Source: Candidatus Latescibacterota bacterium (GTDB lineage: Bacteria; Latescibacterota; UBA2968). Taken from it: a DNA stretch of 64,000 nt. The stretch lies in assembly GCA_965222605.1 (NCBI GenBank), contig OZ244960.1, positions 5,696,001-5,760,000 of the forward strand, in the 5' to 3' direction. Made by a program: the position numbers and the translations under genes. The notes under the pieces are model-generated. The model saw only the letters and a program-made list of their open reading frames with translations, searched no databases and was not told the origin of the DNA. The first letter of the stretch is position 1, and the number at the start of each line of letters is the position of its first letter. Shown here one piece after another: positions 54,971-64,000 of the stretch.

Positions 54971-57900
54971 TCTATTTCTGGCGAATTAATCTGGCTGTTG
55001 TGCTCGGTGTGGCAGTGGCTACGGCTGTTCTGACGGGTGCTTTGATCGTGGGCGATTCCGTGCGCGGCAGCTTGCGGGATTTGTCGCTGAATCGCCTGGG
55101 AAAAATTGATCACGCCCTGGTATCCGAGCGATTTTTTCGCGCGAGTCTGGGACGCGATCTCGAGCGTGAACTCGACACTCAAGATGTTGTATCGGCCATT
55201 AGCTTGAGTGGAACGGCTGTTCACGCGGGATCGAATACGCGGGCTTCTCGCGTGCAGATTCAGGGTATTGATAATCGCTTTGCAAATCTGTTTGATCAAA
55301 TATTGCCCGAGTTGACGAGCGAGGGAATATTCCCGCCGGTTATTGTCAACGAATCCCTCCAAAAAGAACTCAACGCACAGATTGGCGATGCCATTCTGCT
55401 GTCTTTTGAGCAATCAGATGATATTCACCGCGAATCGCTATTTGGACGTGCTGATGATGCGGTTCAAACAATTCGACTGACACTTGCGGCCGTGCTTCCA
55501 GATAGGGGAATGGGGCGCTTTGGCCTGTTCGCCCGCCAGACGGTTCCTTTTAATGCGTATCTGTCGTTGCCGGTTTTGCAAAAAGCGTTGGGTCAAAGAG
55601 GCCGCGTGAATACATTGCTGGTGTCGGGTGATCCTGATACAGACGTTCAGGAAGCACTTTCCCGCGTTGCAACGCCCGATGATCTCGGCATTGTCATCCG
55701 CCGAGAGGCCGATTATTTCGCTATTGAGAGCACGCAGTTTATTCTCAAATCCCATATCGCGGAAACTATTCAAAAAGTATCTGCCGAATTAAATGCGCCT
55801 CACATGTCCATTCTCACCTATCTGGCGAATACCACACAGGTGGGGAAAAGAGAACTGCCCTATTCTACAATTTCTGCGTTAGATGTTGGAAATCTGGGGG
55901 ATTTTCAGCTTGTAGATGGGTCACTACAACTCGGGGAAGATGATATTTTGCTGAACACCTGGGCGGCTGAGGATTTAAACGCACGGGTTGGCGATGAAGT
56001 CAAAGTTGCCTATTACGAAGTCGCGCCTGGGGAAGAACTTCTGACCCGTTGGGCGCCATTCCAACTCAAGGGTATTGTGGCAATGGCGGGATTGGGGGCG
56101 GATGAAAAGTTGTCTCCCGACTATCCGGGCCTGGGCGATACGAATAATATGGCCGATTGGGAGGCCCCTTTTCCCATAGACCTGAGTCGTGTTCGTCCCA
56201 AAGACGAAGCGTATTGGGACACTTATCGCGATGCGCCAAAAACCTTTGTGTCTGCCGCGACTGGACAGCGATTGTGGAGAAGTCGATTTGGCGTATTAAC
56301 CGCTGTACGCATTGGGGCTATTGCGGGGCGGGATATTGAAATGACAGCAAAGCTATTTGAGGATAGCTTGCGCAAAAACATCGCGCCCGAATCGGTTGAC
56401 CTGACATTTCAGCCTATCAAACAGCAGGGCCTGGTCGCTTCTACGGGGGCAACGGACTTTAGCGGACTGTTTATTGCATTCAGTCAATTCCTGATCATCT
56501 CCGCAGCACTCCTGGTCGGATTATTATTTCGCCTGAGTGTGGAGCAGCGGGGCAGAGAAGTCGGGATGCGGATGGTATCGGGATATACGGGAAAAAAAAT
56601 TCGCCGACTCTTTAGCCGTGAGGGCCTTGTGCTGGCCGGTGTGGGTGGCATCTTGGGGCTGGTAGGCGGTGTTTTCTACGCTTATCTGATTACGGTGGGA
56701 TTGCGTACTTATTGGGTGGGCGCGGTTGGGACGTCTGATCTCTCGCTTCACATCCACACATCAAGTCTGTTATTGGGATATGCCATTTCACTAATCGTGA
56801 TCCTGTTGGCAATCTGGCTCACGCTCCGCCGGTTGGGCAATATTTCTGTTCGCGCATTATTATCGGGTATTACGGAAGTGGTGCGCGCAAAGCCGCGCAC
56901 AAAATGGTATGCTCTGGGCAGCCTCATCCTCGCCGCGCTCAGTCTGGGGGGGGGCGCGACGGTGGATCCATCAACGGGTACAGGTTTGTTTTTTGTTAGT
57001 GGCGCGCTGTGGATGGTTGCGGGGTTGTGCTTTCTCTCGGTCTGGTTTAGACGCGGGCATCGCGCCATAAGAGAAGGTATTGTTGGCATGGGGGTGCAAA
57101 ATAGCAAGCGGCAGCCCGCGCGCAGTTTGCTGTGTGCCTCACTCATCGGATGTGCGTGTTTTGTCATTGTTGCAGTAGGCGCGAATAGGCGAACTGATCT
57201 GACTCAAAATATCGCGCAAGACAAAGCTTCTGGTACGGGCGGCTTTGCCCTTATCGCTGAAGTTGATGTGCCGATTTATCAGGATTTTAATTCAAAAGAC
57301 GGGCAATTTGAACTCGGATTTTCGCAGGCAGATACAGAACTCTTAAATCAAGCGCGGTTCATCCCGCTGCGCGTTTTGCCCGGGGAAGATGCGAGTTGTC
57401 TCAATCTTTATCAGCCCGAAAGCCCGCGTGTTTTGGGGGTTCCCGAAGCTCTACGTCAGCGAGGTGGTTTTACATTTCAGCAAACGAGCACCGAAGTAGA
57501 AAATCCCTGGACTCTATTATCCGAGGATTTGGGCGCAGATGTGATTCCGGCAATTGGGGATTATAATTCGGCTATGTGGATTTTGCACAAGCAATTGGGC
57601 GATGATATTGTGTTGCAGAATGAAATGGGGGAGACTGTCAAGCTGAGATTGGTGGGCTTGTTAAAGACGAGTATTTTTCAAAGTGAATTGCTGATTTCCG
57701 AAGACAATTTTTTGCGACATTTTCCCGACCAAAGTGGGTATGGTGCTTTTCTCGTTGAAACACAACAACCCGTTCAGCTTACTGTGCTTGTGGAAAGCAG
57801 ATTAAAAGACATCGGGTTAGACGCCGTATCCACAGCGCAAAAACTCGCGCATTTTCAGGAGGTCGAAAATACGTATCTCTCCACCTTTCAAACACTGGGG

Positions 57901-58254
57901 GGATTGGGCCTGCTGTTGGGTACGATCGGATTGGGAATCGTCCTGTTGAGAAATGTTATTGAAAGACGCGGTGAATTGGCCGTTCTTCGCGCCTTTGGCT
58001 TTCGCCGCGCTGTGTTGTCGCGCATGTTGCTCGCGGAGAATGGTTTTTTAATGTTCGTGGGCCTGGCTATCGGCAGCGTCTCTGCGCTTATTGCCGTAGC
58101 GCCCCATGTCATAAGCTATGGTGCGTTAATTCCATGGGGATCACTGGGCCTCACACTCGTCATCATATATGGCGCGGGTCTCATCGCAAGTGCGATAGCC
58201 GTTTTCTTCGCCCTGCGAGCACCTTTATTGCCCGCATTGAAACAGGAGATGTGA
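54955..58254 (+). CDS. Large FtsX/MacB-type ABC permease (two permease repeats)
   Basis: Two TM-periplasmic-TM modules (EQRGREVG and ERRGELAVLRAFGF). The GTG start overlaps the ATPase gene. Confidence 0.88.
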   Translation: MRRSLIYFWRINLAVVLGVAVATAVLTGALIVGDSVRGSLRDLSLNRLGKIDHALVSERFFRASLGRDLERELDTQDVVSAISLSGTAVHAGSNTRASRVQIQGIDNRFANLFDQILPELTSEGIFPPVIVNESLQKELNAQIGDAILLSFEQSDDIHRESLFGRADDAVQTIRLTLAAVLPDRGMGRFGLFARQTVPFNAYLSLPVLQKALGQRGRVNTLLVSGDPDTDVQEALSRVATPDDLGIVIRREADYFAIESTQFILKSHIAETIQKVSAELNAPHMSILTYLANTTQVGKRELPYSTISALDVGNLGDFQLVDGSLQLGEDDILLNTWAAEDLNARVGDEVKVAYYEVAPGEELLTRWAPFQLKGIVAMAGLGADEKLSPDYPGLGDTNNMADWEAPFPIDLSRVRPKDEAYWDTYRDAPKTFVSAATGQRLWRSRFGVLTAVRIGAIAGRDIEMTAKLFEDSLRKNIAPESVDLTFQPIKQQGLVASTGATDFSGLFIAFSQFLIISAALLVGLLFRLSVEQRGREVGMRMVSGYTGKKIRRLFSREGLVLAGVGGILGLVGGVFYAYLITVGLRTYWVGAVGTSDLSLHIHTSSLLLGYAISLIVILLAIWLTLRRLGNISVRALLSGITEVVRAKPRTKWYALGSLILAALSLGGGATVDPSTGTGLFFVSGALWMVAGLCFLSVWFRRGHRAIREGIVGMGVQNSKRQPARSLLCASLIGCACFVIVAVGANRRTDLTQNIAQDKASGTGGFALIAEVDVPIYQDFNSKDGQFELGFSQADTELLNQARFIPLRVLPGEDASCLNLYQPESPRVLGVPEALRQRGGFTFQQTSTEVENPWTLLSEDLGADVIPAIGDYNSAMWILHKQLGDDIVLQNEMGETVKLRLVGLLKTSIFQSELLISEDNFLRHFPDQSGYGAFLVETQQPVQLTVLVESRLKDIGLDAVSTAQKLAHFQEVENTYLSTFQTLGGLGLLLGTIGLGIVLLRNVIERRGELAVLRAFGFRRAVLSRMLLAENGFLMFVGLAIGSVSALIAVAPHVISYGALIPWGSLGLTLVIIYGAGLIASAIAVFFALRAPLLPALKQEM

Positions 58255-58260
58255 GGCGCG

Positions 58261-59796
58261 TTAATTTATATTCTTGAGTGCGAGTTCATAGCACGCCGCT
58301 TCCCTGTCGTTTCTCACGAGTAGATAGGGTGCGGCAAGTGTGGGGCTATTCCATGTGTGGTTGCTTAGAGCGGGGAAGCGCGCGCGTTCATTGTGTTCAA
58401 TTGGCGAGGCATCGACGAGTACGATATCGCCCGATTCGGTTTGGATGAGCAAAAGGTCATCTACCAGGATGAGTTGCCCATGCCCATAGCGCCCTCGTTT
58501 CCATTTTCGCTGTCCGTCTGCGAGATCCAAACACACGAGGACGCCATCGTCCAGTCCGTAAATATATCCGTCTTTGTGAACCATATTGGCAAATTTGGCT
58601 TTGAGGCGGGGGCTTTTCCATATTCGGTCGGCTGTAAATTCATCCTGGCTATTTTTTTCAATTTGAATCAGTTCGCAACCAATGCCATAACCGGCCGATA
58701 CAAAGACGCGGTCTCCAGACAGTGGGATGGGTTGGGCAACGTGTTGCGTCATCCCGCTATACCAGGGATATTCCCATAGCAACTTGCCGGAAACTGGATT
58801 GTGACCCGCAACCTGCCCATTGTTAAAAATGATCACTTGATCCATTCCCGCTATGGCAGTTAAACTCGGCGAGCTATGACCCGCTCTTGCATGGCCACCT
58901 CCCCAAATAATATCACCGGTTTCGCGGTGGTATGCCATCAGCGATTGCTCGTTTTGTCCGCCCGGACTCACGATCACTTTGTCGTCTAAAACGAGGGGTG
59001 AACCGCTCATGCCCCATTCTTTAACGCGCGCACCGGTTTCTTTCACGGTATCGCGCGACCAGATTTCTCTACCGGTTTCCAAATCGAGACAGGTGAGGAT
59101 GCCGGTTCCGCCAAAAGAATAAACGCGGTTGCCCGATATGGTGGGCGTGGCTCGCGGACCAATCCCGGCAATCGCGGTTTCATATCGCGCGCGCGCGCTG
59201 TGACGCCATTTCTCTTTTCCGGTTAAAAGGTCGTAACAAGCTACGGTTTCGTCTTCGCCTTTTTGCTCTTGAGTCACGGCAGAGCGTCCAACAACGGCAA
59301 AGGCAGAATAGGCTTCACCAACGGGTACGCGCCAGAGTAGCCTGGGGGGATTTTGATCCCAGTCGGATTCCAGCTCTATTCCTTCGAGCGTGGCGTTGCG
59401 ATGTGGCCCCAAAAATTGAGGATAGTCTATGTCGGGGCCATCTGAAAATTGTCTCGCCACAGATATCGATGTAACAGAAGACCAGCGCCACTCTATCTTG
59501 GGAGCTAAATCGCCCGTAAAACCGCGAATTTGAAATAATGAAACTGTCAGGATGATCAGGAGTATAAGAATACTTAGACCCCGCAGGCGAATTGTCCGAC
59601 TCGCTTGGGAAAAAGCAAAGAACCAGAGACAGAGTAAAATAGAGCCGATTGAGCAAATCAGTATCGTCGGCATAACTTGCATCTGGCGGTCTGGTCTGTC
59701 GGGAATCCAGATCGCCGATAATACAATGATCATTAACGCGGCGATAGAGATAGCGGGCCACCATCGAATGGGTTTGGGATAAAGCGGAGCAGGCAT
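58261..59796 (-). CDS. Membrane-anchored PQQ-like beta-propeller protein
   Basis: Three N-terminal TMs, DYPQFLGPHRN, GPRATP, LDLETGREIW blades. Confidence 0.8.
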   Translation of the reverse strand: MPAPLYPKPIRWWPAISIAALMIIVLSAIWIPDRPDRQMQVMPTILICSIGSILLCLWFFAFSQASRTIRLRGLSILILLIILTVSLFQIRGFTGDLAPKIEWRWSSVTSISVARQFSDGPDIDYPQFLGPHRNATLEGIELESDWDQNPPRLLWRVPVGEAYSAFAVVGRSAVTQEQKGEDETVACYDLLTGKEKWRHSARARYETAIAGIGPRATPTISGNRVYSFGGTGILTCLDLETGREIWSRDTVKETGARVKEWGMSGSPLVLDDKVIVSPGGQNEQSLMAYHRETGDIIWGGGHARAGHSSPSLTAIAGMDQVIIFNNGQVAGHNPVSGKLLWEYPWYSGMTQHVAQPIPLSGDRVFVSAGYGIGCELIQIEKNSQDEFTADRIWKSPRLKAKFANMVHKDGYIYGLDDGVLVCLDLADGQRKWKRGRYGHGQLILVDDLLLIQTESGDIVLVDASPIEHNERARFPALSNHTWNSPTLAAPYLLVRNDREAACYELALKNIN

Positions 59797-59871
59797 AAAA
59801 ATTCCTTATTTTAAGTGGTCAATGAGTAGTCTAATCAACTCGAGCATCCAACGTATAAAAAAAAGAAAGGT

Positions 59872-59900
59872 TTGACAACCATTCATTAAACGGATATTTT
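59872..59900 (+). promoter_or_regulatory. Sigma70-type promoter
   Basis: TTGACA-17 nt-TATTTT, upstream of RBS AAGGAG and ATG 59946. Confidence 0.55.
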
Positions 59901-59945
59901 GAACCTCTGAATTGCGAAATATCACATCACAGAAAGGAGTTTGCG

Positions 59946-61256
59946 ATGAAGAAATGGTTTTGGATTTTGATGGGTTTTTGTCTCATTCCGATTCTGGTTC
60001 AGGCAAAACACCATGCGGTGCAGGAGACACACAACTGGCCCCACTGGCGCGGGCCGAATGCAAATGGCCTCGTGGATACGGGCAATCCCCCCGTGGAATG
60101 GAGCGAGAGTACCAATATTCGCTGGAAAACAAAAATCCCGGGTACGGGGTACGCTACGCCCATTGTATGGGGCGATAAAATTTTTGTCCAGACGGCGATT
60201 AAGACCGACAAAACCGTAGAAGTCGCCCAGAAAGGCAAAAAGCCTTTGCCCTCTCATATCTATCAATTTAAGCTACTTGCACTGGATCGCAAAAGTGGTG
60301 ATGTGGTGTGGGAAAAGACCGTGAGCGAGGCGGTGCCCCACGAAGGTACCCATAAAACGTCTAATTATGCTTCCACATCGGGTGTTACAGATGGCGAACA
60401 CCTGTACGCATTTTTCGGTTCCTGGGGGTTGTATTGCTTTGATTTCGACGGCAATTTGAAATGGGATAAGGACCTGGGCGATATGAGAGTTGCAGGCTCT
60501 TTTGGAGAAGGCACATCACCGACCATTCACGGCAATACGCTGATTATCAACTGGGATCACCAGGGCGATTCGTTTATTGTCGCGCTGGATAAACGCACGG
60601 GTGAGGAAATCTGGCGTACGGCGCGACCGGAGAGAACGTCGTGGAGCACGCCCATGGTTGTCGAACACAAGGGTACGCAACAGATTATTGTGAGCGCGAG
60701 CAAAAAAACCCGTAGTTACGACCTCAAAACCGGCGATGTCTTATGGGAATGCGCGGGATTGGGTACAAATGTCATTCCCACGCCCGTCTATGCCGATGGC
60801 ATCGTGTATGTTACAAGCGGTCATAGACAGCCAGCCATGCAGGCGATTTCACTCGACAAAGCCAAGGGCGATATCACGGGTACAGATGCCGTACTGTGGG
60901 CAGTTACTGGTAATACCCCTTATGTTTCTTCGCCCCTTCTTTCCGGAAACAATATTTATTGCATGAAAAGTACCAGGAACATCTTGTCCTGTTACAATGC
61001 TAAAACAGGCGAAACAGTTTTCGGTCCAGCACGACTCCAGGGATTGGGAAAAATATACTCTCCGCTGGTTGGCACAGGCGACCGCGTGTACATCGCCGGG
61101 ATGGACGGCGTGACATTTGTGATCAAGAACAGCACTAAATTGGAAGTGCTCGCACAAAACAAACTCGACGAGGGTACCAGCGCATCTCCCATTATCGTGG
61201 GCGACGAGTTGTATTTGCGCGGTACCGAACACCTCTATTGTATTGCGGAAAATTGA
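59946..61256 (+). CDS. Secreted PQQ-like beta-propeller protein
   Basis: Signal peptide, NWPHWRGP, LDKRTGEEIW, SWSTP, ASP. Confidence 0.82.
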   Translation: MKKWFWILMGFCLIPILVQAKHHAVQETHNWPHWRGPNANGLVDTGNPPVEWSESTNIRWKTKIPGTGYATPIVWGDKIFVQTAIKTDKTVEVAQKGKKPLPSHIYQFKLLALDRKSGDVVWEKTVSEAVPHEGTHKTSNYASTSGVTDGEHLYAFFGSWGLYCFDFDGNLKWDKDLGDMRVAGSFGEGTSPTIHGNTLIINWDHQGDSFIVALDKRTGEEIWRTARPERTSWSTPMVVEHKGTQQIIVSASKKTRSYDLKTGDVLWECAGLGTNVIPTPVYADGIVYVTSGHRQPAMQAISLDKAKGDITGTDAVLWAVTGNTPYVSSPLLSGNNIYCMKSTRNILSCYNAKTGETVFGPARLQGLGKIYSPLVGTGDRVYIAGMDGVTFVIKNSTKLEVLAQNKLDEGTSASPIIVGDELYLRGTEHLYCIAEN

Positions 61257-61342
61257 TCGCGGATGAAGGGGATAGCGCGGATTTCACGGATTAAATCTAC
61301 GAGAGTTGTAGCGTTCGGTTTGTAAACTTTGAAAGGATTGGT

Positions 61343-62296
61343 ATGCAGTGCAAAGCAGCAGCACTCATCTTCGCGATAGGCGTGTTCATCGGGTGTGGCA
61401 CGCCTCAGGATCGGGCGGATAAATTTCTCAGCGTGGGCACGGCGCCGCCCGGTGGCGCGTTTTTTGTCGTGGGGGGCGCGATTGCTCAGGTTGTCAACGA
61501 TCACATGTCCTGGGAGGTTTCTGCCGAGGCCACCAAAGGTACGCAGGAGAATATTCGCCGTCTTTCGAGTGGGGAATTGGATTTTGCGCTGGCCAATGCT
61601 GCCATTTCCTATTTTGCAGTGCGCGGAGAAGGCGCGTGGGGAGAGAAACAAAATATCAATGCGGTTATGACATTGGCACCGAATGTCGCGCTTTTTATCA
61701 CGCCCCAAAACGCGGGTGTCAATAGTTTGAGCGATCTCATGGGCAAGCGCGTTGTCGTTGGGCCAGCGGGTGCGGGATTCGAGTATTTCTTAAAACCCAT
61801 CCTGAACGCGCACGGGGTCACTTATGACGATTTCACACCGCTTTACAATACGCAGGCGGGAACGGTTGACATGCTCGCCGATGGATCGGCTGCTGCGGCT
61901 TTTTTGGGGGGCGCAGTGCCCACGGCCTCGATCACCCAGGCCAGTGCGTCTCAGGATATTTATTTTATTCCCTTTGATGAATCGGCCAAACAAAGCCTTT
62001 TTGAGACCTATCCCTTCTTTTTTTCCGCAACGATTCCCGCGAATACCTACCGGGGACAAACAGAAGATTTCGCCGGGATGAATGTCGGCTCTATGCATCT
62101 CATCACGCGGGCAAGTTTGAGCGAAGATACGGTTTACAATTTTACTAAGACCCTGTATGAGCACCGCGCGGAAGTTGTAAAAAAACACCCGGCAGGTAAG
62201 GCTATAAATCCCAAGAATATCGTTCGGGATACGGGTGCGCCTTTTCATCCAGGTGCGATAAAATATTTCAAAGAAATTGGTATCTGGCAGGATTAA
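61343..62296 (+). CDS. TAXI-family TRAP transporter solute-binding lipoprotein
   Basis: Lipobox-like FIGC, GTAPPGGAFF, TKGTQEN, PFHPGA..YF. Confidence 0.9.
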   Translation: MQCKAAALIFAIGVFIGCGTPQDRADKFLSVGTAPPGGAFFVVGGAIAQVVNDHMSWEVSAEATKGTQENIRRLSSGELDFALANAAISYFAVRGEGAWGEKQNINAVMTLAPNVALFITPQNAGVNSLSDLMGKRVVVGPAGAGFEYFLKPILNAHGVTYDDFTPLYNTQAGTVDMLADGSAAAAFLGGAVPTASITQASASQDIYFIPFDESAKQSLFETYPFFFSATIPANTYRGQTEDFAGMNVGSMHLITRASLSEDTVYNFTKTLYEHRAEVVKKHPAGKAINPKNIVRDTGAPFHPGAIKYFKEIGIWQD

Positions 62297-62320
62297 ATGG
62301 TTTTGAGTTAGTCAGGCTCT

Positions 62321-64000
62321 ATGACGCGCCTCCATTCCCACTTGTTTCGCATTCTCTCTGCACTACTCAGTCTTTTTATTTTGGCGGAAGTCAATCATCC
62401 GCAACTCTCACCGCAAGCCCAGCTATCGGTTTTTGCCCTGCTGGGCTTATGTCTTGTATTTCTCAAATATCCGATCCACTCCAATAAATCCCTCCAGATC
62501 CTCGATCTCTTTTTCGTTCTGGCTGTTGTTTTCTGTTTTGGTTATGTCCTGACCCAAACTGAATCGCTTTTTCAATCTTATTGGCTCAAAGGCCAATCCC
62601 TGGGCAATCGCGCGGGGATCGAACACGCGCTCGATCACGTTGTCGGTCTCATCGGGCTTATCCTGGTTCTCGAAGCCACCCGTCGCGCCATTGGTCTCAC
62701 CCTGCCCCTGCTCGCACTCGTTTTTTTGATTTATGCAGCTTATGGATATATCCTGCCCGACTGGCTCTTTCCCCACCGCGGATATAACTGGGAACGCATA
62801 GTCTCCCAGACCTATCTCCACTCTCAGGGCGTTTTTGGCATCGCGTTGAAAGTGATGTTTACCTACGTTTTTCTTTTTGTACTTTTTGGCACTGTGCTCG
62901 AAGAGACTGGTGCCACGGGATATATTCTGAATACGGCTCGCCGCATTTTTCGCAATAGCACCGGTGGACCAGCCAAAGTGGCTGTTATTTCTTCGGGTAT
63001 GATGGGGTCGCTTTCGGGCAGTGCCGTGGCTAATACTGCGACTACTGGCACGTTTACCATTCCGCTGATGCGCTCAACCGGATTTCGCCCAACTGTGGCT
63101 GGTGGTATTGAAGCCGCAGCGAGTTCGGGCGGTGCGCTCGTTCCGCCCATTATGGGTGCGGGCGCGTATATGATGCTCGAAATCGTCGAACCCGCTGTCA
63201 CGTATTTGGAGATCATCAAAGCCGCTCTGGTTCCGGCAATCCTCTATTACGCAGCACTTTTGCTGATTGTCCATTTTCACGCCAAACGCATTGGCGCGTC
63301 TGCAAGCGATGGAGATGTTCAGGAACGTCCCCCCAGACCCCAGGGGCTGGTGTTTCTCGTCGCTTTCATCACACTTATTGTATTTCTCATTTTGGGATAC
63401 ACGCCTTTCCGCGCTGTGAGTATCGCTCTGCTCTTTGTCCTGATTGTCGGTGCGTTCAACCCCACAACGCGCGTTGGTCTCCGCGCTATGATCCGTGCAT
63501 TGGAAAAGGCCGCACACGGCGGTGTCTCGCTTATTGCAGCGGCTTCATGCGTGGGTATTATTATCGGCGTTGTGACGCTCACGGGTATTGGCACAAAACT
63601 GCCGAGCACTTTGTTGCCCCTGGCGGAGAATAATATTATTCTGGCGTTAATTCTCCTTATGATCTCTACCATTATTCTGGGCATGGGCTTGCCTTCAGCC
63701 GTGTGTTATCTGCTTATGGCGACCATGGTGGGGCCTGTTCTGAGCGACCTCGGCATTGTGCCACTGGGCGCGCATCTGTTCATTTTTTATTTTGGCATGA
63801 TGTCTATGGTTACGCCTCCGGTCGCGCTGGCTGCGTACACGGCTGCCGCTATTGCAAAGGCGAGTATTATGCAAACTGGTGTCACGGCTTTCCGCTTTGC
63901 CCTTGTGGGTTTCGCTTTGCCCTATGCCTTTGTTTTACATCCAGAACTTTTGCTTTTGTCTTCTGATTTCACCGCTATAATCGCCAATATCCTCATCGTT
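62321..64000 (+). CDS. TRAP transporter fused 4TM/12TM permease (3' end runs off the window)
   Basis: Not in the ORF track. Frame from ATG 62321 (MTRLHSHL...) with GGPAKVAVISS...SGSAVAN...TFTIPLM, PPIMGAGA, ILGMGLP and TPPVALAA. Confidence 0.9.
   Translation, partial: MTRLHSHLFRILSALLSLFILAEVNHPQLSPQAQLSVFALLGLCLVFLKYPIHSNKSLQILDLFFVLAVVFCFGYVLTQTESLFQSYWLKGQSLGNRAGIEHALDHVVGLIGLILVLEATRRAIGLTLPLLALVFLIYAAYGYILPDWLFPHRGYNWERIVSQTYLHSQGVFGIALKVMFTYVFLFVLFGTVLEETGATGYILNTARRIFRNSTGGPAKVAVISSGMMGSLSGSAVANTATTGTFTIPLMRSTGFRPTVAGGIEAAASSGGALVPPIMGAGAYMMLEIVEPAVTYLEIIKAALVPAILYYAALLLIVHFHAKRIGASASDGDVQERPPRPQGLVFLVAFITLIVFLILGYTPFRAVSIALLFVLIVGAFNPTTRVGLRAMIRALEKAAHGGVSLIAAASCVGIIIGVVTLTGIGTKLPSTLLPLAENNIILALILLMISTIILGMGLPSAVCYLLMATMVGPVLSDLGIVPLGAHLFIFYFGMMSMVTPPVALAAYTAAAIAKASIMQTGVTAFRFALVGFALPYAFVLHPELLLLSSDFTAIIANILIV

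Noticed and set aside
35097-61256. Calling the propellers PQQ alcohol/methanol dehydrogenases or bamB
   Set aside because: They lack the vicinal CC and other MxaF/XoxF motifs, there are no pqq genes, and there is no bam/der context or clear lipobox.
61257-61295. Short GGAT-containing repeats after the last propeller gene
   Set aside because: Too short and degenerate to call an element. Not CRISPR-like.
1-64000. CRISPR array, tRNA or rRNA genes
   Set aside because: No regularly spaced repeat-spacer array or RNA-gene signature was seen, and the intergenic spaces are short.

Overview
Bacterial chromosomal window of moderate GC (about 50% by eye, with AT-rich inserts). The gene content (PhyH dioxygenases, a DUF6785-type membrane protein, many PQQ-like beta-propellers, many toxin-antitoxin fragments) resembles marine or sponge-associated Latescibacterota/Gemmatimonadota/Poribacteria-type genomes; this taxonomy is inference. 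Layout: (1) 1-3.6 kb: an island with an ABC/AAA_21 ATPase and several PIN genes. (2) 3.6-24.6 kb: housekeeping and carbohydrate genes (dxs, SDRs, a frameshifted DUF6807 gene, an Slt-type transglycosylase, a GlmU-like enzyme, a UvrD helicase carrying a degenerate DnaQ domain, an LpxH-like enzyme, glpK, purC). (3) 24.6-32.1 kb: a fused REase-MTase and an HsdS-type gene, separated by cargo genes (PIN, RAYT, DUF4145) that are each preceded by a copy of the MTase 3' end, followed by a complete IS66 with inverted repeats and an 8-bp target duplication. (4) 35-61 kb: a mostly co-oriented cluster of about 26 kb with no PKS/NRPS core. It holds five secreted PQQ-like beta-propellers, a GriC/GriD(EhpF/EhpG)-like carboxylate reductase pair, an Fe-ADH, a HemN-like radical SAM enzyme, a TonB-dependent receptor, a PaaK-like ligase, a flavin halogenase-like enzyme, a CxxC-bearing GT4, a thioesterase and an ABC exporter. 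This is the best candidate for an undescribed biosynthetic or cofactor system. (5) A TAXI-TRAP transporter at the right edge. No rRNA, tRNA or CRISPR array was recognised. All family calls come from motif recognition by eye, not from database searches.
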